64,000 nt of DNA from Marsupella aquatica (taxonomy: Eukaryota > Plantae > Marchantiophyta): positions 6,870,184 to 6,934,183 of the forward strand of contig OZ316895.1 of NCBI GenBank assembly GCA_973895155.1, read 5' to 3'. A program made the translations under genes and the position numbers. The notes under the pieces were generated by a model that searched no databases, was not told where the DNA came from, and saw nothing but the letters and a program-made list of their open reading frames with translations. Positions within the stretch are counted from its first letter, which is position 1, and each line of letters opens with the position of its first letter. This document shows, one piece after another, positions 1 to 13,694 of the stretch.

Positions 1-1581
1 AAGTCATCGGCTGCAAGAATGAATGGGCCCACAAAGAGTTTTGGCACCAGTAGCATGGTAACTGAGTAAGTCCCTTGCATGCATGACGCATGCATCCTCG
101 TGAGTATGGGATCCGTAGGGACGCCGCAAGAAGAAAGGAAGGACTGCAGTAGTGATAATGAGTGGGCGACCAGAGCTGTGGGCGTGCTACCCAGTTGGAG
201 TTGAGCAAAACTGGCTTACCAGAGTGGGCAACCAGATATGTAAATAAGTGCAAAGGAACAAAAAGGTAGGACCCTGAGACATGATCCTAAAAGGAAAAAA
301 CCCAATAAAGGGGGAAAACAAAGGAGAAAACTGGGAAACCACAAGTGCCAAAACTCTGCTGAAGAGCCAAAAAAACAAACAAACCAAAAACCCCACATGG
401 CCAAAGACCAAAACCCCCACCGAACAGCAGAAGAATAAGAGCCCTACTGAGCCACGTACTGAAACGCTTGGTAGAACTCCCAGATGAACATGAGGTGTAG
501 GCATGGTACCCAGGGGAGGCATGGTACCCTGTGGAGTTGAGCAAAGTTGTTCGCCAGAATGGGCGACCAGAGTTGTAGGCATGGTACACGGTAGTGGAAT
601 TGATCAAAGATTGTTCTCCAGAAGGAATGGATGGCACTTGTGGCAGGACGAAACAAAGTGGGGTAGCGACATGTATGGATAAAGGTGTGGCACCAGTTTC
701 TGTCTTAGGGCTGTTTTGAATGTAGGTAGGTACCCCCCTCAGCCTAATTGATGCCATCATATGATAGAGTACGAATTTAATGTATGTAGCCCCTCCTGCT
801 GGCAGTTGGTATGGAGATCCAAGGGCTCCAAGGGCAAAGGCTGCAGACGTTCCCGCCCTTGCACTCCCAACTTCTGAGAAACTAGAACAAACCGAACAAA
901 TTCAGGTGATGGAGTGCACAATGTAGCACTTCAGGGGTTATGTTCTCTCAAGCGTCACAAGTGTCAGTGGGCTGCCGCTAACCAGAACCATTAGATTCTC
1001 TGATCAGTTGCCAGTCACATTCTCAGTGCAGTTTGGGGAGTTTTGAGAGTCTACAATTTGAGGGCCAGCTACTATAGATGCAAGACAGCCCTTAGTGGAC
1101 TAGAGTTGTGTTCTCGATGTGTTTAGGGTCTCGATCATCAGATGTGAGCAGTCCTACTAGTCCGCCAAACAGACCAGCTGGGAGGACTTGGGCATTTCTG
1201 GAGCCAAAAACGATCCGCACTGGCTCAGCAATCAATAAATGTGTCTCCCCACCCCATCTGTGTATGAGCCTGGCAAGCCACTCCTACGCTCCAGAAGCGG
1301 GTGGGGAGACTATCCCTGGAGTAGCCCATAATTCAACAACTGAGATCAATTCTAGGAGATTCTAGGAGATTTCATCAGACAGCGATTGAGTGGTCCCAAC
1401 TCCCATCCTTGTTACATTTTTAAAGACGTGAACTGTGGGGTACAATTCCATTCGAGGAACCCCAGCTAGTCGCCTGCATCAAAAGAGACTTGCCACTTTG
1501 GGTAGTGGTTAGTCATTTTACTGGGCACCACTGATGAGTTGCTCTGACTACTACTGGAGGATTCTGTTTTCTTCCCCTTTA

Positions 1582-1733
1582 GATTCTCCTGGCCTTCGAG
1601 ACCTTGCCACCTGGTTTTGGTGTCCTCTGTTACGTTTTAAGTCGGAGGTTCCGAGCGGATTCTCCTGGTCTTTGAGACCTTGCCACCTGGTTTTGGTGTC
1701 CTCTGTTACGTTTTAAGTAGGAGGTTCCGAGCG
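1582..1733. repeat. Tandem duplication, 2 x 76 bp
   Basis: Unit GATTCTCCTGG...GACCTTGCCACCTGGTTTTGGTGTCCTCTGTTACGTTTTAAGT.GGAGGTTCCGAGCG at 1582-1657 and 1658-1733, with only a few mismatches. Confidence 0.9.
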
Positions 1734-3067
1734 GGTCGTTGCCAAGCTGCTGTTTCCGTGTTCGTTTCCTTTTGGTGTGTCCTCTGATGCTTTCCAGTAT
1801 ATACAATCCGAGCGTGTTGTTGACCAGAAATCTGCCTCTGTTCCTGTAGTTCGAGATCTTGAATCGGCCGAATGATGACTTCATGCGAAAAACTTTTGCT
1901 AGACCCGACGAAGGTGAGGAGCCTCTTGAATGACCGTTCCATGCTCTGGGTTCCCACGGGAGATGCAAGATTCACCTGTAAGGCTGTTGTGATCGAACCC
2001 AATCCACTCTACAACCCGCGACATGGCCAAGTGGAAGGTATACTGTAAAAGTATGAGGCCCAGATCAGGTCTAGTGCATGGCCCGTGGCATTGTCCAGAT
2101 GTACATGTTAAGTGACATTAACTTGCAAATAGTTATTCGGGTGCAGCTGTTAGTGAAGCTTGATCCCACCATTTATGATTTGTCTTAAATCTGTTCGTGG
2201 AATACGTTCGACAGGGCGGTCAAAGGTTTTACGAAGCAAAGGAAAATGGCCGATATGATGGTATCTCAGTGACTTTCTTCTTTGGATGATCCGTTTACAG
2301 CTCAGATCCTTACGATACCATGGAATAATGACTGTTTCCAGGCTGATACGTAAGACATTCATTAAAGATTCCAGGCTGCCACCCAGTTGAAGCTTGTCAG
2401 TTCCCCGTATGTGCATAAACAGATCTTCGCTGAATGGTCAGAAAGCACTCTTCGTACGACGTCATATCTTTCGAGTACCGAGAAAAGCTGAGGTAACCAA
2501 TTCTGCAACAGTTCGTTGGTACCTAACTGGCGTGTATCACAGATCATTGAAACCAGTGGACGGCTCAGGCATCCGAGAAATAACAATTCGGTTGTGGAGA
2601 ACGGACTTAATGACGAATTTAGCATCCACTGCCTCTACTCGCTGATCAGGATAGGTCATCCTAAAGCTAGGCTGAACATTTGCCCCCCCAGTGGCCAACA
2701 TGACAAAATTGCACTCCAGGTCTTCGAAGACCGATAAACTTATCCATATAAAGCACGAAGTACCGACCTGACGTGCTCGTTTATCACGGAGCTTTATTGC
2801 TTGTGGAGAATGCATCGAGTGCTATTTCATATGGGAAGCCTCCCTTCCAGCTCAATCTCAGAATTCAATATTGTGCAAGTACCTGGTCAGCTACGAAGTT
2901 CATCTGAGAACTTCCACATTCTGGACGAATGTAAAATATCAAGGAATTGTTCTGCATTGCATGAAGAGCTGTGACTCAAAATGTTCTGATAAATATCAAA
3001 TCAGCCTCCAGCATGCCCGACTTGAATTAGCTTCAACGCATAGGAGCATAATTAAAATCGTCACCTC

Positions 3068-6000
3068 TCAATATCGTAGCCAATATGTTCTGCGTCTGAA
3101 CCATGTGTAGTCTGGCAATTCGTGCGTAGCACCCATGGCAGCAATTGCGACATCCTGGCAACATGAGAGTAAAACGGTTAACCTTCAGCTAGAGAATCTG
3201 GAGCACAAGGCCGAAGTAATATATTTAATGAGATGTGGGGCACCCTCCAACATTCTCAATCATATACAAGCACATTCAAATTCAACATCTGTTAACAAAT
3301 ACTGCACCGCAAAGGGAAAGTTCAGCTCGAACAATCCAAGCGTAGGAATATCATTCACATATCTTGTTTCGGCCCTCCAGGCAAAAAGACTGTCAATGAC
3401 TTGACAGAGTGATAAAAAAACAAGATAGAAGGTCTAGTCGAACCTTATCAAATATGAAACGACTTGCCACACGCTTGATTGTGGCAGTATCCACGGCATC
3501 AATACGAGCCAAAAGTTCCTCGAGTGGTATCCGCCGACCATATGTCAGAATCTGACCATAAAGAGCAAGCACTAATGAGTAGGGTGTTAACTGTCAACCT
3601 GCATCGAATGCAATATCCTGATGGACATAGAACAATCAGACAGCAAGTCGGCTGACCATAGATAACAATTGGCAATTCTTAACTCATCACCAACACCCAA
3701 AACATACCTGTCGACCAATGTCTTCGCAAATAGGACTGGCCCCATCCAAATGTAACAATAAGGATCCTTTCAGCTGCAAAATACAACGCGAAAAAATAAA
3801 CATTGAAAAGTCAACATACAGACCAAAGCCACTAGTCCATTCTGTCCAGATCAGAACCTCCGAAACAGGTCAAAGACTAAAAAATGAGCAAGCGAAATAC
3901 ATTTAACGCGGAACGATCCTACAGACCATTAACTTGCCTCATGTTGAGTAATGATTATGATAGCCAATTCACATGAAAGGACCAATACAAAAACTGACCT
4001 GATTGCGGGCACGTGCTAGATCATCCTCATCCACTCGATAGATCAATCTTGCAAACTCGTGCATTATACAGTAGGACAAGTCGCTTAAACATTCTGGCTG
4101 AAAAATGACAAAGTCAAGTCCACACGGATATGGACAATGACATAAAAATGAGACTGAGCCAAACCCAGAATTATATTTATTTATCACATTTGGACCAAGA
4201 ATAACTACATTTTGAAAACAGTACTCCAGAGCACACAAGAATCCACTTGAATACATCCACAAAGAGACGATGGCTACATGTACCCGTCAAGCTAGTAAGA
4301 TACAACACTGTCCTCAACGAAAACTGTCCAGGAAATGCGTAGGAGAGAACGACAGCATCAATGCATAGTAAACGAACCCACCTTAGCTACAGCATATACA
4401 CCAAAAAGTCCAGAATCACTATAATTCGTGTTGAAAGCCATAACACTTTCTGCCAAATCATTCGCCGCTATCTTCTGAGCCATCTCAGACCTGAAAATTG
4501 CTTCGAGATGTTAACAAAATCTTCTTAAGGCATGGGTAAGAGTGCACTGAAAGTGCCATACTTTCCCACCGAAATACCAACAAAATGATATCTTAAACGT
4601 TCCTTGAAGTCACCAAACTGATCTGTCTCCAGCAAACAAGCTAGCAAAGACTCAATAAATAGAAACTATTAAATGGATCATTTCTTACCCCATGTGCTTG
4701 CCAGCCCCAGCGCTCTTATTCCAAGACCCAAGCATGGCTTGCATAACCATTAGGGGGATGGAGTCTGGATCTGTCCATGACGCTCCCTGAACTGCTACTG
4801 AGAAAGTACATAAAGGTGCATCGTCATCTCGAATGCGAACCTGCACATTGGCCAAAACCTGCATCAAACAACTGACATTCCACGAGACAAGTTCTCCCTA
4901 CGTACGATACATGAAGGCATGGTCTCATTCTGTTGTCGCTCAAAACCACTTGTAATCCATGTGTGAAAAACTCCAAATTCGGAAGAAATTTCAGACCTCC
5001 GAGCCAGTAAAAATTGCGGGTTGCCGTCCAACAAGTTCAGCAGCAGTTGTACTATCTGTTGGCAGCTTACCAAACTTCTCTGTCACGAGTTTCACGAGCT
5101 GGTCATGGTCAACAGCTCCAGCCCCAGCGATAACCTGCATGAATGTAGAGTAGGGTCACAGGTGTTAACCATCACTGACAGGAATTCAACTCGTTCATAA
5201 GTGAGAGGAGGTTCAAGAGGAAAATTGCTCAAACCCTACCAAAGAATACGACCAATCGCTCATTGGCCACATTCGTACAAACTCTGTGAGAATACGTCAA
5301 AATATCATACTCTTTGAAAACTGAGAAAATTTTCTGCGGAGAACAGAACTGAGACAAGGAAGGGACAACAAGATATCTGCAAGAGCACAGAGACCATGCA
5401 TAAAACTAGCTCGTGAATTACCATCCTTGGCGCTGTGTAATGAGTAGATATATAGTTCTTCAAATTGGCCCTAGTTATCGACTGAATATTGTCAGATGGC
5501 CCCAGTATCGTCCGGCCAAGAGGAGTGTATTGGAATGCAGTTGCGTGCAGGTGATCAAAGAGCACCTCCTCTACTTGTCCTTCCACCTGAAACTCTTTCC
5601 ACATCCACAACCAATCAATAATCGTTCGCATAATTCCTGGCTCTGACTGCGCAATTACAAATTTTGTACAAAGTTTGACACCCTCTTTTCATTTGTTGTG
5701 TTGACAGAGGTGGAAGCATAGCGCCGGATATATGGGGAAACATTCCCTAGATAAAACAATATTGTAAAGCAACTGATTTTCAGGAGCTGGATGCCAAGAG
5801 TCCCAAAAAATACATTCCAGTTCCCCAAAGGAAGCCAAAATCTAGACCTAAATTCTTACACTCTCTAAATTAGATTATCAATTTGGAAATCACTCTTTGA
5901 CAGGAGTTATATTAGAAATAGAAGCTCCGTTCAGTAGACATCTGGATTTTTAAAAATGTTGATTTGTCCCCAATACGAAGTCTGCGCGTATGACATGTAT

Positions 6001-6793
6001 GTTATCCAATTTGTGACCATTAACTTTTGAAAGTCCATGCACATTCTTGGTCGTATTGCAAAATTAGGTTACTGTTGACTTAAAATTGATCAACTCATTC
6101 AATGTTTTTTTCCCGCTTAGTTTCGACGGGGCCTCTCACATTTCCGATAGGCCGTATTAAAATCTGTCAGAAATCTTTCATGTGTCTCCACACCTTCAGT
6201 CCAAAGCTGAGCCGTAAAGGTCGCGCCAGTCAGCTTACCTCTTGCATCTCGCGCAAAATGACACTACGCTCCCGGTTGATACGGTCCTCATCAAAGGACG
6301 AATTCTGGAGAATGTCGGCCAAAATATCAACGGCGACCGGGACATCATTCTCAAGAAATTTCCCATAGTAGGTAGTCTGCTCCCTGGACGTGTAAGCATT
6401 GAGGTGACCCCCCATATTCTCGATCTCCTCCTCGAGTTGTCGCAGACCCCGCTTGGCCGTGCCCTTGAAAATCATGTGCTCCAAAAAGTGAGCAGTCCCG
6501 TTCGTCTCTTCAGTCTCGAAGCGGCTACCCGCATCGATCCAGACTCCCACCGTGGCCGTGCGCGTCGAGGCCCCGGCCTCCGTAGCCACCCTCAGCCCGC
6601 TGGGCAAGGTCGTGACTCTCGTCTGAGGTCTCGCCAGGACCGATGAGTGATCCACAATCTTGGCGATCGGCGAGCCATAGCGAGTGAATCTGTCATCCTT
6701 CACGGCTAATGCCGCGTTGTGGACTTCTGCAATCTGCCTCCATTTCCTCCTCGCGCTTCTGCCCACGGCAGCTGACAGCAATCTCCCCGCCAT
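3068..6793 (-). CDS. MPPbeta: Mitochondrial processing peptidase beta subunit / cytochrome bc1 core protein 1 (M16 family), 9 exons
   Basis: Exons (minus): 6793-6239, 5586-5422, 5134-4997, 4840-4689, 4490-4382, 4097-3999, 3773-3708, 3551-3444, 3154-3068, all with GT-AG introns. Arg-rich presequence [29 protein letters not shown], inverted zinc motif [16 protein letters not shown]-terminus [16 protein letters not shown]. Confidence 0.96.
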
Positions 6794-6981
6794 CGTCTCA
6801 AACCTAGCTCTGTTCTCCTTGCCCCACACTCTCTCTCGACACAATGAGATCAGATCAGCTCTTCGATTTCTCGACACACGAAACGATCGATGGATCAATT
6901 TGACGACGAGGAGCAGAGGAGTTGGGAGGGAGCAATCGTCCGCTTTATGCCTAAAAGGCTCTCGAGGGCGAAAAACTCCAA

Positions 6982-7460
6982 TTCTAATGTACTGTCGGCT
7001 CGTCCTAAAGTGCACATGCCGTAAGTGCAAAACCCCTGCCTAATTGCAAGGTGTCTGGTTCTTCGTTTTATGCTGACCATTTTGCTTCTTTTTAAGTGCA
7101 AATAGGGCTTTAAGAAATCACAAACATGTCAGTGCAAAACCCTCTATAAGGGAATTTTTACACGTGTGGGCAAGAGCATTACTCCTATGTGAACTCTCTT
7201 TGGATGATTGTCAGGCTCTTAGGTGCTCACCTTCTAATGTACAGTCAGCCCGTTGTAAGTGCACACTCCTTGGGTGCAGACCTTCCTAAATGCAAGGTGT
7301 CCCGTTCTTCCCTTTCTTTTCCCTAACATTTTGCATTTTTGTTGCAACTTTAATAACTGCAAAGAAGGCCCATAAAGGACAAACATCTAAGTGCAAATAT
7401 CCCTATAAGTGTATATGTACACCTATGGGCAAGAGCACAACATCCTGTGTGGTACTCGTA
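6982..7460. repeat. Diverged ~250-bp tandem duplication upstream of MPPbeta
   Basis: TTCTAATGTAC.GTC.GC.CGT...AAGTGCAC at 6982 and 7232. TGCAAGGTGTC and TGGGCAAGAGCA blocks recur at similar spacing. Confidence 0.7.
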
Positions 7461-8699
7461 TGGATAAGTGCATGCCATTTTATGTAGAGTTGATCTTGCA
7501 GTTGTACTATAGTTGTCAGGGGTTCTTTTTTTTGGATGTATAGTCAATAGTTTAGGGAAGGCACCAGAATCCTAGTTGAACATGAGATGACAACTGTCTT
7601 CTAGAATGTGACAAGGGAGGGAATAGCAGCTACTGGAGGTGAGGCAGAGGGAGGGAAGAGAAGCTGTTTACGTTTTACAAGTGACTTTTTCCTTCCACTA
7701 TCATTCTGTAGCGCTACCTTACTCAGAATCCATATGACACAATTCAATACTAAGCAGTATGATGTTTTTCTGGAATGATTATTGGTGTAAGGTGTAGGGT
7801 CTCAGGTTGCTTGCTGGTGTAAATGACAGTCTTACACTCTCTATGTTTAGTAGTACCATACTTTGAGAGCCATGAGACAGTTAATTAATACTATGAAGTG
7901 AGAAAACAATTTCAAATGTTTTTGGGTTATTCCTCTTTTCTTCAGAACTTTCTCTACTTTGAGTGTAAATCATGTAAATACAGTGCAAACATTGGCCTTA
8001 ATTGGTAAACATTCTGAGTGTATTTTTAATCAAATTGAAACACAATAGCATGCAATTCCGCCCATTTTTCTCCCGAACCTCAATTGTCTGTTTACAAAAC
8101 CATTATGGCCTGAACCAACTTTGGCAATGGGATTTCAAACATGATTTTTTTCAGTATGTCAGATCATTGGAAATGGGGTTGCAAATGTGAGCAGACAGCA
8201 TGGCGAGTAGACGGACCACAGGTGCACCATGTATGGGGCAGGGTTTGAAGCTATGTCGCATGTGTGTGAATCCATGGTTCCAAGTTCCACAGTTGGAGCC
8301 AATATAGTCCGCCTCGGCCAATGTCTATTGCATTTTTACGGGTCCAGTTAGAGACTCTTTCTACAATCAAGAAATGGAAAGAGAATGGAAAATAATACAC
8401 AATTTAGATGAAGTTGTGGCTGAACTCCAGGTGACTATGGTGGAGGGAGTTGCAGCAGATGCACTTGATCTCACTGATGTTGGAGCAGCTATGGGGACTT
8501 CATATTGAGGATGATCATATGTCTGATGTTCAATATGAGCCATAGAAAACCCCATCAATCCGCAAGAGCTATTGTGAAAAACTTAAATGCGACAAAAGTT
8601 AGAATCCACCGCTCTTGAATGGTTTCAATCAAAATCCGACTATGCTTGGATCCTAGATGCAGGCTGAAGGATTTCATATGACCAAGGCGAGGTTATAGA

Positions 8700-9100
8700 G
8701 GAATGATGGATCTTCTATAACCCTTAGGAGCAATGACGCGAGGTCTGCCATTGATGGCAGAAGTCAATGCCCACTTGACAAAATTCTCACTTGATGGCAG
8801 AAAGACCATAGGGACGAGGATGCAGATTACATGATGTCCAGGGACATGCAGTTTTCTTGGAGAGATGTGCAAAGAATTATGGATTTCATGCGCCCACATC
8901 AACCTAACTATTGTTTGGATGAAACACAATGAAGCTGCAAAATGCGGAACCCTACAATGACGACCAAGTGATCTTATATCAATCACAAATAAAATTATCC
9001 AACCAGCCCTTCGTTTTGACGTGGTCATCTCCATGGCACACATCAGAAGAAGTTGGCAACCCTTGGTCATGATGGGCCAGTTGCATTTGATGCAACTTTT
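8700..9100 (+). pseudogene. Decayed Mutator (MULE)/SWIM-type transposase fragment
   Basis: Across frameshifts it reads DYMMSRDMQFSWRDVQRI ... DDQVILYQSQ...QPFVLTWSSPW / QKKLATLGHDGPVAFDATF. This resembles the PF.L...T.WQ......GH...IA.D.TF lead-in to the first catalytic Asp of plant MULE transposases. Contains stops and frameshifts. Confidence 0.5.
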
Positions 9101-10983
9101 GTCTTGGGCCCTCACCCCCTGTAAAATAAATGAACCCCTACAATTGGGAACCACTCCCTATTTACTCCAAACGTACAGATAACCTTTTGTACTTGGCATG
9201 TTCAAAGACACCAGGCAAGGACAAGGAACATCATATCCAAGGTGTTTCTACCCATTTGCTAATTAAAAGCACACATATTTGCCAAGTTGGGAGCCATAAT
9301 GTATTCCAATTTGACCCATGAGGTGTAATGTTTATGTAAATATTAATTTGTAACATTGTGTACGTGTTGTCTATTGCTATTACCATGCACGTTTCAACTC
9401 TTTGCTTACATTGCTGACAGACCAGTTTGCATGGATATAACTGAAGAGTCCCATGATAGGTCAGATACTTGTATACATGTTGTCTTTGTAACATGATGTA
9501 AAATCTGAAATTTATTTCAATGTTTCAAGCTCTTCTTGTTGATATAGTTACATACTTTTCAGTTCAACAATTATTTTGCAATTATCTTTTAACTTTCCAT
9601 TGTTGGTTAAGCAAAGTAGCTCCAGTTGGTTAACTTGAAAGAATCCAACAGTCAATATCCCTCCAGGTTTCAGCATTATTTATAGGGTCATCCATGATTG
9701 TCCACTACCTTAACTCACTTTCCAACTCTAGTCAACTTGTGACTCTCACTTTGCTCCCTCCCCAACTCAGTTTGGCTTGCCCCCTCCTGGTTGGCTACTC
9801 CGCTCCCCCATTGCCCCGGGCTGGTCGACGATGGGCCATGGTGTTAACTTGTGAAGTTAAGTTGAAGACAATGGCACCCCAATAGTTAAACCAAAACAGC
9901 ATGGTAGAGTATTTAATTCAGCAAAAAAAGTGTCGATATACTATGCAACTAGAGAAGGAGGAAACCTACAAGAGACATAAGCCCAGGCATATATTTCATA
10001 TTAATAAAATGAGAATTTATCTAGTAGAACTCATTCCCCAGTTTAGAATGAAAACTGAACCACAATGACCAAAAACTCATAGTCACTTTGATGGAAGTGT
10101 GGCTCTCAAACATATCATCAATTGTTTTTTTCTGGAGTTTATTAGCTTTTAACTACTGTACATTGCCACTAAAGATGTTCCAATGTAGATTATTGGCACT
10201 ATTTGTATTGCATTTTCAAATATGCCATAGTTTTTGTATTTGGTTATCTTTGATACAATGGTGAATTTGTCCTCAGTATACAAACCATATAATATTTGGA
10301 AATACCAAAAATACAATGACATCATTATCATTTGGAACAATCATGGCAAAGTAGCTAAAAGTTGGAAACAAAAGTCTGGATGGACCGACACATTGTCTCT
10401 GCCCATCCTTGTGGACTGCGTAAAGCAACCGTTGGTTTTACACCGAAAAGAAAAAGGATCCGATCGTGGATCACAGTTGACAACTTTGACTACCTTGGGG
10501 TAGAAGTAGTCAAGAAGTCATGGTGATCTTGAGTAATGACATGAAATCTTTCAGGTTCAAGGTAGTCAAGTCATCAACTTATGGTGTAAACCAATTCGGT
10601 AATGTAATTGAAACCGGCTGCAATCCGTAAAGGGACCATTTACAGGTCACATTTTAGTCAAAAGTGTAAACAGTGTTATCTGAGTCAATTTAGATGTTCT
10701 GGGCGGGGTTCTGAGCAAGTACATCCAAGCTTTTCCCAGTCCATCTGGGCATCATAGACAAAAGTGGAGGTCCATGCTGCTTTAGTTCCGGCTTTAGTTT
10801 CCTAAAAGTTGAGGAAGTTATTAAAATTAAACTCAATTTTTGGGACATGTGGCCCTTTGGGTTTTGAAGAACACCCTTGTGGTCCATGGGGGCTTGAGCA
10901 GCGTATGCACAGGAAAGGAAACAGAGGAAACGCTTGTCCAAAGTCCGAACTCACCGAAGTGAAGTTTGCTGAGCCAGATTTTC

Positions 10984-10989
10984 GGCCCA
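10984..10989. promoter_or_regulatory. Site II element (GGCCCA/TGGGCC) upstream of QCR10
   Basis: GGCCCA ~190 bp before the QCR10 ATG, and another at 7367-7372 upstream of MPPbeta. Site II motifs are common in plant nuclear OXPHOS promoters, but a 6-mer can occur by chance. Confidence 0.3.
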
Positions 10990-11177
10990 CACTTTTGCCT
11001 CTTGTTGGGAAGGAGGGAAGCTCTTTCGTCGTGCCTTGCAAGCGATCGATCTGATTCGGGAAATCAGGGAAAAGGTGTGGGATTTGTTGTTCAGGGAGGA
11101 AGTGCAGCGAGGTTGTTTTGGTTGAGGGCGAGACGAAGGAAGCTAGTGATTCTGGTCGCGGTATTGGAGGGGTGGAG

Positions 11178-12711
11178 ATGGCATCTGGCAAGCTCGCCAA
11201 TCTGTTTGGCTTTGTGCCCAAGGTGTTGCGGCCGCAAACCTCCGATGTCAGTGGGGCCGTGCTATGGGGCGGAGCTGCTTTCACTGCCGCGCTCTTTCTT
11301 GTCCAGGTGCATTGTTGTCCGGTGTTCCACGACCTGATCTCCGCATACTCTGATGGATCTTTCGGAAAGGGTTTATGCTTAATTTGGTGCATCCTCGGTT
11401 TCCACTTCTTTCCCCCTATCTGGCTGGAGTTCATTCCCTGAATTTTTAAAATTCTCTTGGTGTCCATGTGGAGCGCTTGTGATGCTTGACTTCCTTGTTT
11501 CGTATTTCTGCTTGCGACGCGACTACTGCCTCATTGGTTGAGTGTGTGCGAGAGTCCGATTTGGTGAGGGCTCATGGTTCAACAGCACATCGAAGTAGTT
11601 ATTACTTTTTTTTGCACCGGCTCCACTTTTCTTGTCTAGATTTGTGGTCTTCAGGGTCTACAGCCATTGAGTTGCTTCTCAAATTTCGTAGCCCTAGTTG
11701 TCGAAATAGGTTCTCTATCCCATTTACCCTTATTTTAGGTCATGTCGTGCTTCCCATCTGGCACTTTTGGCGAATCCCCTCTCGACTATCAATTGAGCTG
11801 TGGTTTGGAGGGCTCATGACTTTTTCTTTGGGAACCATTTCCAGAGTGAGGCCTTTTATGTCGTCCGTTTTCTTACTTACAGATGTTAAAGCCTTGAATA
11901 TAATGTTTGCAAGTCTTTGGCACTGTTCTTCTACCCACCTTGGGCAAGGGATCCATTTGTAGGTTTTTTCCGTATACATGCTTTCTTCGGGGGCCTTTTT
12001 CCCAGTTGAAGGCGTCATTTAAATTCTTACCATCCAATCCTCATCAACCATTCTATTTCCCTGGCGACTAGGATGGTGCATTTATGTGGCTGGTATTTTA
12101 TCAAAGCGTTCTCCACAATTCCGAGACACAAGGACTGAATCTTGCCTTTTAATGTTAAGGCCGTGGTTAGTTTCTGCATTCGTGGCACATTAAAGGAAAC
12201 TGTAGGTCAGATTTAATGGTGGATATCTCCCTATTAGAAATTTGTTCATTGTGATGTGGTCATTGTTCTTGAGATAATTATGCTCATATCAATATGATAC
12301 GTTGTGTTGTAATAGGACAAGCTTTCTTGGAAATTATTACAGGCATTGTTCAGCCGTACCAGCCCTTAGTCGACAGATTTCTTGCTAGAACGATTGCTAA
12401 AGTAGAAAAACAGTAGTGTTGATCCTACTTGATTTGAAAACAGTTACTGTGAGAATGTCACAGGGTAAACTGTATTGTTGAAAGTGGTGTGTTACGTTGA
12501 AATTGCTGTTGAAAATAGTGATATACTCTGCCCCCAAGATGTGTGCTTCTTTGTGCAGCTTGCTGTAGCTCGTGGACGTGTTCTTCAGTTAATTCAATGC
12601 TTCCATTACGCATTACTGAGAAGGACACGATGTTGCAATTTTTTTTATGTGCAGCCATTTTCTTGGATCAAGGATCAAATTAATCCCCCACCCGAAGAGG
12701 AGAAGAAGTAG
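11178..12711 (+). CDS. QCR10: Cytochrome b-c1 complex subunit 10 (plant UCRY/QCR10-like), 61 aa, 2 exons
   Basis: Exon 1 11178-11306 (MASGKLANLFGFVPKVLRPQTSDVSGAVLWGGAAFTAALFLVQ), GT-AG intron, exon 2 12655-12711 (PFSWIKDQINPPPEEEKK*). The single TM segment with WG...A...VQPF.WIK...PP.EEK matches plant QCR10. Confidence 0.88.
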
Positions 12712-13476
12712 TCTGAGTTGTTTGTGAATCATGGACCTTCTTGATGGAAGGCTAATTCGACGCAAGTGGCCATCCCAGCCTGGGCACAACCATTCTGCTA
12801 TTTGTTGTAGACCCTCCATCAGCAAAGTGCATATCACCTAAGGCACTGAGCACTGTTTTTAGCGGGTTCCGCAAGAACAGTTTGTACGAGCCTAGTTAAA
12901 GTATACTTCCACTGTGGACCAGCATTTTGGTTCAACCTTTGCCATCTATAGTTGACATGGATGGAAATGGAATTCTTCTTTGGATGTTTGCACGCGCTAT
13001 CATTTGATGAGTAGGGTGATGTGCTGTCAGGGCTGTTGTTCAATTCACGAGAACGTCTGATTCGGTGTCGAACTCATTTATGGTCTGCAGAGGAAGACCC
13101 ACAATACAATTGTGCAAGCAGTTTGTCCGTACTGTTCTTTATAATATCTTCGCTGACCAAATTTTGTGATACTTTCTCAAATACCCGGAACAAGTGTTTG
13201 GCTGGCATGTAATGGAATCCTTGTTAGCACAGTGACTTCTGTAGGGAGTTGCCAATTGGATGACAAGAGCCACCGCGTAGTTTAGGAGGAGCAGGTCAAG
13301 TCACACAAGAGCATAAAGATCATAAAGATCCGTGTTTAGACATTTATGTTGTGGTGAAATCCTGATGTTCACAATTTTTTGTTTGTATTGAGAGTCCGCT
13401 TGATGTTCACAATTTGTACTTTGTAGTGAGAGTTTGCTTCTGAATGCTTTCCCTGGGAGACTTGGTTCACATTCTT

Positions 13477-13600
13477 TAATGCTTTCCATTGGGAACTGAG
13501 ATCCGGAGCCAGCCCATCACCCTCCAAACATGGTTGTTCTCCCGTTGTAGTGCTAATGCTTTCCCTTGGGAACTGAGATCCGGAGCCAAGCCCATTACCC
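13477..13600. repeat. Short direct repeat (~45 bp x2)
   Basis: TAATGCTTTCC.TTGGGAACTGAGATCCGGAGCCA.GCCCAT.ACC at ~13477 and ~13555. Confidence 0.75.
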
Positions 13601-13694
13601 TTAGTGCTATTGAATGCCATTGAGTCTAAGTTTTATGCCCCTCTGTTACTACTCTAAGGTTTATGCATTCTCTGTTATGATTCTCCCTGTGCGC

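Noticed and set aside
1-1530. Overlapping short ORFs and degenerate GGGCGACCAGAG / GGCATGGTAC repeats
   Set aside because: Probably a decayed repeat or retroelement end, but there is no recognisable domain or terminus. The ORFs are low-complexity.
1750-2820. Cluster of 70-110 aa ORFs on both strands downstream of MPPbeta
   Set aside because: No frame gave a recognisable motif or a consistent exon structure.
6794-7030. N-terminal extension of the 266-aa ORF upstream of MAGRLLS
   Set aside because: The ATG at 6793 gives a typical mitochondrial presequence. The extension lies in pyrimidine/purine-rich UTR and promoter sequence.
10802-11962. 221-aa minus ORF and 158-aa plus ORF around QCR10
   Set aside because: Antisense shadow of exon 1 and intron sequence, with no protein features.
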